From positions 18,216 through 82,215 of the forward strand of contig JAZLHB010000144.1 in NCBI GenBank assembly GCA_045616565.1: 64,000 nucleotides of DNA, read 5' to 3'. A program made the translations under genes and the position numbers. Below the pieces are notes generated by a model. The model was given only the letters and a program-made list of their open reading frames with translations, ran no database searches and had not been told where the DNA came from. Origin of the DNA: Akkermansia sp. (GTDB lineage Bacteria; Verrucomicrobiota; Verrucomicrobiia; Verrucomicrobiales; Akkermansiaceae). Positions 8,969 through 16,950 of the stretch are shown here, piece by piece (position 1 is the first letter of the stretch; every line of letters begins with the position of its first letter).

Positions 8969-9716
8969 CACACTGTGCACAGTATGTGCCGCAGAGCGGT
9001 ATTCCCTGTGGCCGCGCCGTCCGGCAGAGCTTGAGCAGGCGCGCCGCCTGCTCAAGGAACACAAGGCGGAGGAAGCTGTGCAGCTGTTGCAACCCCTCAT
9101 GGCAAAGGAGGGCATTGCGGGGCGGGAAGCCCGGCAAATTGCGGGGGCTGCAAACGTGCCTCTCTACCTTTCCCGCAGGCATCCCTCTGCTGCCGTGTAC
9201 ACCGTGCGCCGTGGGGATCATCTGGCCAAGGTGGCTTCTTCGCTGCGCTGCCCGTACGAACTCATGATGCTGCTCAACGGCTTGGTTGACCCCTCCGCTA
9301 TTCATGTGGGCCAAAAATTGGTCTATGTGCCCATGCGCCAACAGGTGGAAATCAATCTGCCCCGCAGGGAAATTTCCGTCTGGGACGGCTCGGTGCTCGT
9401 GGCGTCGTACAATATTGGGACGGTTACAGGAATTTCCGGTGCAGCGCCTGAAGAAGACACCAAGGTAACCCGTAGGGAGGGATATGTGGATGGAGGCAAG
9501 GTACCGGCGCATTCCCCGCTTATGGTATCCGCCAACCGCACCCTGGAACTCGGCAATGAAATAGCCCTGTTGCCGGTAGGAAAAAGCGCAGGCAAGGCCC
9601 TCCTTATGCAGCAAGCGGATTTAAACGAGCTTGCCTTGCTGGTGATTGAAGGCACTCCCGTGCACATCACGTACACGGCCGCAGATATACCGGAGGCGGT
9701 GCAGCCGCGTACATAA
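8925..9716 (+). CDS. secreted LysM domain protein with YkuD (L,D-transpeptidase)-like C-terminal domain lacking the catalytic Cys
   Basis: Signal peptide MKSTLSIFAAAVLFSTLCTVCAA. LysM: YTVRRGDHLAKVASSLRCPYELMMLLNGLVDPSAIHVGQKLVYVP. The C-terminal domain follows the YkuD pattern but has LLMQQADLNELALLVIEGTPVHI where SHGCIRM...GTPV is expected. Confidence 0.6.
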   Translation: MKSTLSIFAAAVLFSTLCTVCAAERYSLWPRRPAELEQARRLLKEHKAEEAVQLLQPLMAKEGIAGREARQIAGAANVPLYLSRRHPSAAVYTVRRGDHLAKVASSLRCPYELMMLLNGLVDPSAIHVGQKLVYVPMRQQVEINLPRREISVWDGSVLVASYNIGTVTGISGAAPEEDTKVTRREGYVDGGKVPAHSPLMVSANRTLELGNEIALLPVGKSAGKALLMQQADLNELALLVIEGTPVHITYTAADIPEAVQPRT

Positions 9717-9791
9717 CCGCGTCACGCTGCATAAAAAAGCTTTCCATGCATCCAACTGTTTGCTACAATGCCGCGCGAACGGGAGTTTGAT

Positions 9792-11636
9792 ATGAAAGAC
9801 AAGGTAAAGGATAATGCGGTGCGCAGAATGACAGGGGCCCAGGCTTTGGTGCATTGCTTGGTGCGCGAGGGCGTGGATGTGGTGTTTGCCTATCCCGGCG
9901 GTGCCAGTCTCCCCATGCAGCAGGCCCTGAGCCATGAACCCGCCATCCGCACGATTTTACCCCGCCATGAGCAGGGGGGGGCCTTTGCTGCAGAGGGCTA
10001 TGGCCGCATTACCGGGAAAGTGGGCGTCTGTATGTCCACCTCTGGTCCTGGAGCCACCAATATGGTGACTCCCATCGCAGACGCATGCATGGATTCCATA
10101 CCCATGGTGGCCATTACCGCGCAGGTGGGGTGCAGTATGATTGGAACATCCGCCTTTCAGGAAACGGATGTCTTCGGCATGACCGCTCCCCTGGTGAAAC
10201 ACAGCTACTTGATCACGCGGGTGGAGGATATCCCCCGTATTGTCAAGGAGGCTTTCTTTTTGGCGAGGACGGGCCGCCCCGGCCCGGTGTTGATTGATGT
10301 CCCGAAAAATGTGCAGGAGGCTCTCTTTGAGCCGGATTTTGACGTGCCCATGGATCTGCCGGGATATTGCCCGGAAATACCGCTTCCCACCAAAGCTCTC
10401 GATGAGGCCCTGCCAATCATATTGAAAGCTCAGAGGCCTGCCATCTATGCCGGTGGCGGCGTAGTGATAGCCGATGCAGCGAATGAACTGCGCGAATTCG
10501 CCGAGCGCACTCAGATTCCCGTGGCCAACACGCTTACCGCAATCGGAGCCATGCCTGCTTCCCATCCGCTGGCTTTGCACATGCTGGGTATGCATGGTTC
10601 CGTGTGTGCCAACAACACTGTGAACGAGGCGGATGTGGTCCTGGCCATCGGCGCGCGCTTTGACGACCGTGTAACCGGGGCTGTGAACGGTTTCTGCAAG
10701 CATGCGAAAATCATCCATGTGGATTTCGATGCCGTGGAACTCGGTAAGAACAAGCGTGTGGACAAGGAGATACGCGCAGATGCCAAGCAGGCGCTGCAGT
10801 ATTGGAACAGCAAACTGGAGGAACAGGGAATCCATGTTCGCCCCTATGCGCTTGAGAACAGGCCCGCTTGGTTCGGCATGATTGATACTTGGAAGCAACA
10901 GTACCCGATGGCATACGAGCGCCGCGAGCATGAGATAGTGCCTCCCCAAGTGATAGAAGAATTGTACAGCCAGCTCAAGGATGAGGATGCCATCATCTGC
11001 ACCGGGGTGGGGCAGCACCAGATGTTTACCGCCCAGTTCTATAAATTTGAGCAGCCGCGCCGTCTCTCTACATCCGGAGGGCTCGGTTCCATGGGATACG
11101 GCTTGCCGGCTGCCATGGGCGCTCATGTAGCCTGCCCGGAAAAACAAGTTGTCAACATAGACGGTGACGGTTCGTTCCTCATGAATGTTCAAGAGCTGGC
11201 CACCATCCATACAGAGCACATGCCCATCAAGAGCATCATCTTGGATAACCAGCATCTTGGAATGGTGGTACAGTGGGAGGATTTGAAGTACGCCTCCAAC
11301 CGCGCCAACACATTTTTGGCGGATCCGTCCAAAGAGTACGATCCCACGCACAAGCAGGAAGGGCTGCTCTACCCCAATTTCCCCGTACTGTGTGCCGGCT
11401 TCGGGGTAAAGTGCGAGCGTGTGACGGAACCGGAGGAGCTTCCCGCCGCCATACGCCGTATGCTGGATGCCAAGGAAGCGTATGTGCTGGATGTGATGGT
11501 GCCGCATGATGTGCATGTGTTGCCGCTTATTCCCGGCGGCATGACATACCGAGATGTGGTGCTGGAACGCGTGGCCGGCGACGGCAAGGGACGCCCTCTT
11601 TCGGATTTGGGAAAGGAAATCCCATCAGCCCTGTAG
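9792..11636 (+). CDS. ilvB: acetolactate synthase large subunit (biosynthetic type)
   Basis: TPP-enzyme pattern: GAQALVHCLVREGVDVVFAYPGGASLP, HEQGGAFAAEGY, GLGSMGYGLPAAMGA, NIDGDGSFLMN. The track ORF starts at 9768, but that ATG overlaps a TACAAT -10 box, so ATG 9792 (MKDKVKD) is preferred. Confidence 0.9.
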   Translation: MKDKVKDNAVRRMTGAQALVHCLVREGVDVVFAYPGGASLPMQQALSHEPAIRTILPRHEQGGAFAAEGYGRITGKVGVCMSTSGPGATNMVTPIADACMDSIPMVAITAQVGCSMIGTSAFQETDVFGMTAPLVKHSYLITRVEDIPRIVKEAFFLARTGRPGPVLIDVPKNVQEALFEPDFDVPMDLPGYCPEIPLPTKALDEALPIILKAQRPAIYAGGGVVIADAANELREFAERTQIPVANTLTAIGAMPASHPLALHMLGMHGSVCANNTVNEADVVLAIGARFDDRVTGAVNGFCKHAKIIHVDFDAVELGKNKRVDKEIRADAKQALQYWNSKLEEQGIHVRPYALENRPAWFGMIDTWKQQYPMAYERREHEIVPPQVIEELYSQLKDEDAIICTGVGQHQMFTAQFYKFEQPRRLSTSGGLGSMGYGLPAAMGAHVACPEKQVVNIDGDGSFLMNVQELATIHTEHMPIKSIILDNQHLGMVVQWEDLKYASNRANTFLADPSKEYDPTHKQEGLLYPNFPVLCAGFGVKCERVTEPEELPAAIRRMLDAKEAYVLDVMVPHDVHVLPLIPGGMTYRDVVLERVAGDGKGRPLSDLGKEIPSAL

Positions 11637-11665
11637 GCTGAACAATACAGCAAGAAGCTTTAAGA

Positions 11666-13237
11666 ATGAATGCCGCAGCCATCAGGAATGCCGTTGTAGC
11701 CATTGTTCTGGTGCTATTGTGTATTCTCATCGGCTCATATGCGGCGGAGGATAAAAAGATACCCGTATTTATCATTGCGGGTATTGTGGGCTTTGTTTTC
11801 ATGCTCATTCTGGGCAAGAAAACATGGGCTCTCCTCTATTTGCTGCCGCCGCTGGTTTCTTTCCTTCCTCTTGGTATATTGTCAAAGCTTCCAGCGGGCT
11901 TTTTGATTGCTGGGTTTGTATTGGCATACTGGAGCCTGATGTGGGTGATGGGCTACGTTCGTTTCAAATGGCGCGCACTCCCCGCCATGGACTCCATCAC
12001 GCTTGTCCTTTTCCTCTATTACGTGCTTACATTCTACTGGCATCCTGTGTCTATTAACGCCTTGGGTATCGAGGTCGATTATGTGGGAGGTAAGGAGTAT
12101 GTGTGGTGCTTTTTGATGGCCATTTATTATGTAACACTCAGCTGCGTCCCCTGCACATACGATGAATTATATAACGTCCTGCGTAAAACCATGTGGATTG
12201 TGGTGGGCGCCACAGTCTTTTCGGCCGTGTCCGGGATGTTCGGCCTTGTTTCGGCCGGTGGCCTGGCGGGCGCGGGAGCGGAAATGGGAAACACGCGTTT
12301 CTCCCTGTTTTCCGAGCTTGGCGTGGCGATGTTTCTCATTTTTTACAGCAAGAAAACGTTTCATGAAATATTGGCATCGCCCAAATATATCGTTATCCTC
12401 CTACTGTGTTGCGCTTCCGTGGTGATTTCCGGCTGGCGAGAGAAATTGGTAATGTTTGGGGCCATAGGGCTTGCTTTAAGCTACATTAAGAGAGAAATAT
12501 TCTACGTCCTCTTTTTTGGTGCGGCCTCTTATGGATGCCTGCTGTATTTGAGCCAGGAGAAAGTGGTGGAGGAGCATTTCCCGTTTGGTATGCAGAGAAC
12601 CCTGTCCATTTTCCCTGGTGTGAAAATCAGGGAAGATGTGCGGTATGAAACGGAACACTCTTCTGAGTGGCGCAAGGTTATGTGGCGTTGGGCCCTTGAC
12701 CCACGCACAGGATACATCCAAGATTATGTGTGGGGGGATGGTTTCGGCCAGGCTGTATCGGATTTGAACCGATACAACGTGTCGCTGATGCGCGGCAGCG
12801 CCCGGTTTGGTGACCAAGAGGATTTTGCCAGCACGGGAACCTGGCACAACGGCCCTATCATGGCGGTTCACCGCACGGGCATGGTGGGATTGGGCATGAT
12901 TACAATAGTGTTCCTGTATGGTTCATTTCTTATTGTGAGAGTGTGCCGCGCCTACAGGGGGACACCCATGTTTACGCTGTCAGTCCTCTTCCTTTGCAAG
13001 TTTTATGGAGATATTGCGCACTTTTACATCTCCGCCGGAACAATTCACCATTTCTTTGACGATTTTGTGTATCTGGGTTTGGCAAAGGTGCTGTATTGCG
13101 TGGGACGAGAGGAAGGCATCATCGTCCCGGTGTTCTCCAAGAATCGTTACAATCCCATGCTGATAGCGGAGCTGCAGCGCCACGAGCTGGTGACTCGCGG
13201 TGTGGAAGAGGGCTTGGGCGCGCGGGCCCGCCGCTGA
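11666..13237 (+). CDS. polytopic membrane protein, possibly O-antigen polymerase/ligase-like
   Basis: 523 aa, at least 10 hydrophobic helices and a large hydrophilic loop near residue 330-400. Family assignment is only architecture-based. Confidence 0.35.
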   Translation: MNAAAIRNAVVAIVLVLLCILIGSYAAEDKKIPVFIIAGIVGFVFMLILGKKTWALLYLLPPLVSFLPLGILSKLPAGFLIAGFVLAYWSLMWVMGYVRFKWRALPAMDSITLVLFLYYVLTFYWHPVSINALGIEVDYVGGKEYVWCFLMAIYYVTLSCVPCTYDELYNVLRKTMWIVVGATVFSAVSGMFGLVSAGGLAGAGAEMGNTRFSLFSELGVAMFLIFYSKKTFHEILASPKYIVILLLCCASVVISGWREKLVMFGAIGLALSYIKREIFYVLFFGAASYGCLLYLSQEKVVEEHFPFGMQRTLSIFPGVKIREDVRYETEHSSEWRKVMWRWALDPRTGYIQDYVWGDGFGQAVSDLNRYNVSLMRGSARFGDQEDFASTGTWHNGPIMAVHRTGMVGLGMITIVFLYGSFLIVRVCRAYRGTPMFTLSVLFLCKFYGDIAHFYISAGTIHHFFDDFVYLGLAKVLYCVGREEGIIVPVFSKNRYNPMLIAELQRHELVTRGVEEGLGARARR

Positions 13238-13277
13238 GGGCTTTTCCCCGTTGTCATCTCCCGTCGGCAAAAAGAAC

Positions 13278-13308
13278 ACCCGCAGATTTTCATCTGCGGG
13301 TTTCCTTT
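13278..13308. terminator. bidirectional terminator between the membrane-protein gene and rpsO
   Basis: ACCCGCAGAT-TTTC-ATCTGCGGGT, flanked by an A-run on the left and a T-rich run on the right. Confidence 0.65.
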
Positions 13309-13351
13309 GAATAATTGCGATTCTGTTGTGGCTTCTAACGCCACCCTGTGC

Positions 13352-13603
13352 TTAGTGGCGCAGGGAAAGGCGGGTGAGAAGGTCCTTGTACAGCTCCGGC
13401 TTGGTGCGCTTGGCGTAATCCAGCAGCTTGCGGCGCTTGGCCACCATCATCAGCAGGCCGCGGCGGGAAGCGTGGTCGTGCTTGTGCTCCGCCAGGTGCT
13501 GGGTGAGGTGGGCAATGCGCTTGGTAAGCACTGCCACCTGGAAGCCGGTGGAACCGGAATCCTTCTCATTGACCTTGAAGTCATTTACATTGATTTCGCT
13601 CAT
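13352..13603 (-). CDS. rpsO: 30S ribosomal protein S15
   Basis: Inner ATG 13603: MSEINVNDFKVNEKDSGSTGFQVAVLTKRIAHLTQHLAEHKHDHASRRGLLMMVAKRRKLLDY. Confidence 0.95.
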   Translation of the reverse strand: MSEINVNDFKVNEKDSGSTGFQVAVLTKRIAHLTQHLAEHKHDHASRRGLLMMVAKRRKLLDYAKRTKPELYKDLLTRLSLRH

Positions 13604-13667
13604 AATGTTGTATCTCTTGTTAGTGGTTGATTTCGTGGCTGCGGCAATCGACCGACAAGGTGGGGGG

Positions 13668-13695
13668 ATGATAGCACCAAATCCCGGGGATGCAA
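13668..13695 (-). promoter_or_regulatory. rpsO promoter TTGCAT-N16-TATCAT (TG-extended)
   Basis: Minus strand reads TTGCATccccgggatttggtgcTATCAT. Leaves a leader of about 58 nt. Confidence 0.5.
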
Positions 13696-13756
13696 GCCAA
13701 ATCTCCCAAAAATTGGAAATAATGGCGGAAAGCGGCATGAAAGCCAGCCTTTTTCA

Positions 13757-13786
13757 TTGACCGCCGCGCGGTTGATGCGCTATACT
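13757..13786 (+). promoter_or_regulatory. promoter of NfeD-flotillin operon TTGACC-N18-TATACT
   Basis: Read directly. About 25 nt upstream of ATG 13812. Confidence 0.5.
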
Positions 13787-13811
13787 GGCTTCAAGCTGAA
13801 GATTACGCCCC

Positions 13812-14420
13812 ATGGAAACCCTCGTAAACATCATAGACGCTATCACCGCGCTGCTGAAGGCGGGTGAGCTCATGCCGGATTTCTCCACTCCCCGCGGCAT
13901 TTTCTGCGCCATTGCGTGGGTGTCCACCCTGTTGGCGCTGGGGTTGTTCATCATTTCCCTCTTTGCAGATGCAGATGCCGGTGCGGATGTGGGCTCGGAT
14001 GCGGATGTGGGCAACGGGGACACCGGCTTCTTCTCCGTGCGTGCGCTTGTCGGCTTCCTGCTGGGATTCGGCTGGGGCGGCTTTGTGAGCATCCAGGGCA
14101 ACAGCAGCATCCTGACGGCGGTGCTGGTTGGCTTGGGCGTGGGCGCGGTCATGTTCGTGATAGTGGCGGGCATGATGAAGCTCATCTACAGCTTGAAATC
14201 GGACGGCACGCTGAAGCATGATTCCCTGGTGGGGCTCACGGGCACGGTGTATGTGACCGTGCCTCCGCACGGTGAGCCGGGCGGCCAGGTGCAGATAGCG
14301 CACCCCAGCCAGCTGCTCACCATAGCCGCCGTGCAGGAGGGGGACACCCCGCTGCCGGCACAAACGCGCGTGGAGGTGGTGAAAGCCACCAGCTACCTTG
14401 TCACCGTGCGTCCCCTGTAA
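13812..14420 (+). CDS. NfeD/YqiJ-like membrane protein
   Basis: Multiple TM helices, an acidic DADAGADVGSDADVG loop and a C-terminal OB-like soluble domain. Immediately upstream of a flotillin gene, the usual NfeD arrangement. Confidence 0.6.
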   Translation: METLVNIIDAITALLKAGELMPDFSTPRGIFCAIAWVSTLLALGLFIISLFADADAGADVGSDADVGNGDTGFFSVRALVGFLLGFGWGGFVSIQGNSSILTAVLVGLGVGAVMFVIVAGMMKLIYSLKSDGTLKHDSLVGLTGTVYVTVPPHGEPGGQVQIAHPSQLLTIAAVQEGDTPLPAQTRVEVVKATSYLVTVRPL

Positions 14421-14444
14421 CCTTCTTCCAACCCTGAAAACAAT

Positions 14445-15959
14445 ATGACAACAACCATCCCCCATATCCTCGCGGCCTCCGGCGGCAATGCCTCCCAGGT
14501 GGTCGCCATCGTTATCCTGGTCATCTTCCTGCTGGGCACCATTGCGTGGCTGTTCAGCCGGTACAAGAAGTGCCCGTCGGACAAGATTCTCATCGTCTAC
14601 GGCAACGTGGGCGCGGGGCGTTCCGCCAAGTGTATCCACGGCGGCGCCACGTTCATTGTTCCCATGTTCCAGAGCTACGCGCTCATGGATTTGAACCCCA
14701 TCAACATAGATGTGCCGCTGAAGGGGGCGCTCTCCAGCCAGAACATCCGTGTGGATGTGCCCTCATCGTTCATCGTGGGCATCAGCACGCAGCCGGAAAT
14801 CATGCAGAACGCCGCCAGCCGCCTGCTCGGCCGCACGCGTGAGGACATCCGCGACCTCGCCTCTGAAATCATCATGGGCCAGATGCGCGTGGTGATTGCC
14901 TCCCTCACCATTGAGGAAATCAACGCGGACCGCGAGAAGCTCATCAAGGGCATCACAGGCGGCGTGGACGTGGAGCTCCACAAGGTGGGCCTCTACCTCA
15001 TCAACGCCAACATCACGGATATCCGTGACGCCTCCGGATACATTGCCGCCCTGGGCCAGGAGGCCGCCGCGCGCGCCATCAACGATGCCATGATCAAGGT
15101 GGCGGAAGAAACCCGCCGCGGTGAAATCGGCAAGGCGGAGGCCCTGCGCGAGCAGACCGTGCAGGTGGCCATGGCAAACGCCGCCGCCGTGGAGGGCAAC
15201 AACGAGGCCCAGATGAAGGTGGCGGATTCCAACGCCAAGCTCAAGGTGCGCCAGGCAGAGGCCCAGCGCGTGGCCGTGGTGGCAGAGCGTGAGCAGGCCG
15301 CCCAGGCAGAGGCCGCCGGGTACATTGCCAACCGGGAGGCGGAAATGAAGCGTGCAGAGCTTGAGCGCGCCACCCGCACCGCAGATGAAATCGTGAAGGC
15401 GGAAATCGAGAAGCGCAAGATGGAGATTGCCGCAGAAGCCGCCGCCGCCGTCCGCGTGAAGGAGGAGCAGGGCAAGGCGGATGCACTCGTCATTGCCAAG
15501 GAGGCGGAGGGTACCGCCGCCACGCGCCTTGCCAAGGGCCAGGCGGATGCCCTCCTGCTGCAGAAGAACGCAGAGAGCCAGGGCTTGGAGATGGTGGGCC
15601 GCGGCCAGGCAAGCGCCATTCAGGCCGCGCTGGAAGCCAAGGCCAAGGGCTTCAAGCTCATCGTGGATGCCGCCGGGGATGCCAAGGCAGCCTCCGGCCT
15701 GCTTGTCACGGAGCAGCTGCCCAAGATTGTGGAAACCCAGGCTTCCGCCGTGCGCAACCTTTCCTTCGACAAGGTGGTGGTCATGGGCGGCTCGGATTCC
15801 AAGTCCGGCACGGTGGGCAGCTTTGTGCAGAACCTGGTCACCGGCACCCTGCCGCTGCATGAGCTCGCCCAGAGCGTGGGCGTGGAGCTCCCGGAATACC
15901 TGGGCAAGCCCAAGGCGGAAAATGCGCCGGCCCCTAAGCAGGAGGCCAAGCCGGAATAA
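14445..15959 (+). CDS. flotillin family (SPFH/band 7) protein
   Basis: N-terminal TM, SPFH domain, then a long A/E/K/Q-rich repeat region (EAQRVAVVAEREQAAQAEAAGY...). Confidence 0.85.
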   Translation: MTTTIPHILAASGGNASQVVAIVILVIFLLGTIAWLFSRYKKCPSDKILIVYGNVGAGRSAKCIHGGATFIVPMFQSYALMDLNPINIDVPLKGALSSQNIRVDVPSSFIVGISTQPEIMQNAASRLLGRTREDIRDLASEIIMGQMRVVIASLTIEEINADREKLIKGITGGVDVELHKVGLYLINANITDIRDASGYIAALGQEAAARAINDAMIKVAEETRRGEIGKAEALREQTVQVAMANAAAVEGNNEAQMKVADSNAKLKVRQAEAQRVAVVAEREQAAQAEAAGYIANREAEMKRAELERATRTADEIVKAEIEKRKMEIAAEAAAAVRVKEEQGKADALVIAKEAEGTAATRLAKGQADALLLQKNAESQGLEMVGRGQASAIQAALEAKAKGFKLIVDAAGDAKAASGLLVTEQLPKIVETQASAVRNLSFDKVVVMGGSDSKSGTVGSFVQNLVTGTLPLHELAQSVGVELPEYLGKPKAENAPAPKQEAKPE

Positions 15960-15984
15960 GCGGTTTGAAACCCCGTGCAACTTC

Positions 15985-16024
15985 CAAGGCCAATCCGGTG
16001 AACCGGATTGGCCTTGACTTTTCT
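15985..16024 (+). terminator. strong rho-independent terminator after flotillin
   Basis: Perfect 14-bp stem CAAGGCCAATCCGG-TGAA-CCGGATTGGCCTTG then ACTTTTCT. Confidence 0.8.
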
Positions 16025-16042
16025 GCTCCTCCGCGCTAGTGT
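16014..16042 (+). promoter_or_regulatory. promoter TTGACT-N17-TAGTGT, 7 nt before ATG 16050 (leaderless type)
   Basis: Read directly. The -35 overlaps the 3' arm of the terminator. Confidence 0.45.
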
Positions 16043-16049
16043 CTCGCCC

Positions 16050-16796
16050 ATGGCAGATTTGGAGCGCGTGGAGATATTCGGCATCCCGTATGTGGCGGCA
16101 AGCCTGGGGCAGGCCTGCGCCGCCTGGGCGGATGCCGCCGTGCACACGGACCGCCCGCTCCTTTCCGCTCATTCGGATGTGCATGTGCTCACCCGCATCC
16201 TGGGGGATGGGGAATACGGCGCCGGCGTGCGCGGGTTTGATTTCATCTGCCCGGACGGCATGCCCATCGTCTGGCTCATGCGCCGCAAGGGCGCGGATGC
16301 CCACCGCCTGTACGGCCCGGATGTGATGGAGATGATGTGGGACAAGGGGCGTGCCGCCCACCTGCGGCATTTCCTGCTCGGCGGCACAGAGGAGGCCGTT
16401 TCCCTGCTCAAGGAGCGCCTGGGCGCGCGTTTCCCCGGCGTGGAGGTGGCGGGGCACTTCTGCCCGCCCATGGGCGAGTGGCCGGAAGGTACGGATGCAC
16501 AGATCTTTGAGGCAATCCGCAGCAGCGGCGCCAACTGCGTGTGGGTGGGTCTGGGCTGCCCCAAGCAGGAGCGCTGGCTCTTTGCCAACCGCCCCCAGCT
16601 GCCGCCCGCCATGTATTTCGGCGTGGGGGCCGCCTTCAATTTCCATGCCGGCCTGGTGAAGCAGGCCCCCGCCTGGGTGCGTTCCCACGGCCTGGAATGG
16701 CTCTACCGCATCTGCCGTGAACCACGCCGCCTCTTCATGCGCTATTGCATCCACAACTCCAAATTCCTTTGGTACTGCCTCACCAGAAAGGTGTGA
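16050..16796 (+). CDS. WecB/TagA/CpsF family glycosyltransferase
   Basis: FGIPY...DFICPDGMPIVWL...GGTEEAV...VWVGLGCPKQERW...GVGAAFNFHAG...AP.W....GLEWLYR, the family pattern. Confidence 0.85.
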   Translation: MADLERVEIFGIPYVAASLGQACAAWADAAVHTDRPLLSAHSDVHVLTRILGDGEYGAGVRGFDFICPDGMPIVWLMRRKGADAHRLYGPDVMEMMWDKGRAAHLRHFLLGGTEEAVSLLKERLGARFPGVEVAGHFCPPMGEWPEGTDAQIFEAIRSSGANCVWVGLGCPKQERWLFANRPQLPPAMYFGVGAAFNFHAGLVKQAPAWVRSHGLEWLYRICREPRRLFMRYCIHNSKFLWYCLTRKV

Positions 16797-16861
16797 TGGG
16801 CAGCGGGCGTTCATGATGATTTCTTGGCACGAAAAAAACTGAGATCCGCGCAAAATTGTGC

Positions 16862-16890
16862 TTGACTATCTTTTGAGTGGATTGTAACCT
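16862..16890 (+). promoter_or_regulatory. candidate promoter TTGACT-N17-TAACCT for autotransporter 16951
   Basis: Read directly. Confidence 0.4.
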
Positions 16891-16950
16891 CTCCACAGAC
16901 GTGCCTTCAACGTCGCCCTAATCAAGTCTTCTATTAACAAAAACAATACC

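Noticed and set aside
9974-9981. G8 homopolymer inside ilvB as a slipped-strand phase-variation tract.
   Set aside because: It encodes the conserved Q-G-G of the TPP-enzyme motif in an essential biosynthetic gene. There is no reason to assume regulated frameshifting.
14763-16853. Very long antisense ORFs (for example 14763..16853-, 26368..28722-, 31009..33156-, 32957..35311-, 45607..47910-, 55605..57581-, 59661..61352-, 18121..19821-).
   Set aside because: They lie opposite well-supported genes, have Arg/Gly/Ala/His-rich non-protein-like composition and no recognisable motifs. These are typical stop-poor shadow frames of GC-rich DNA.
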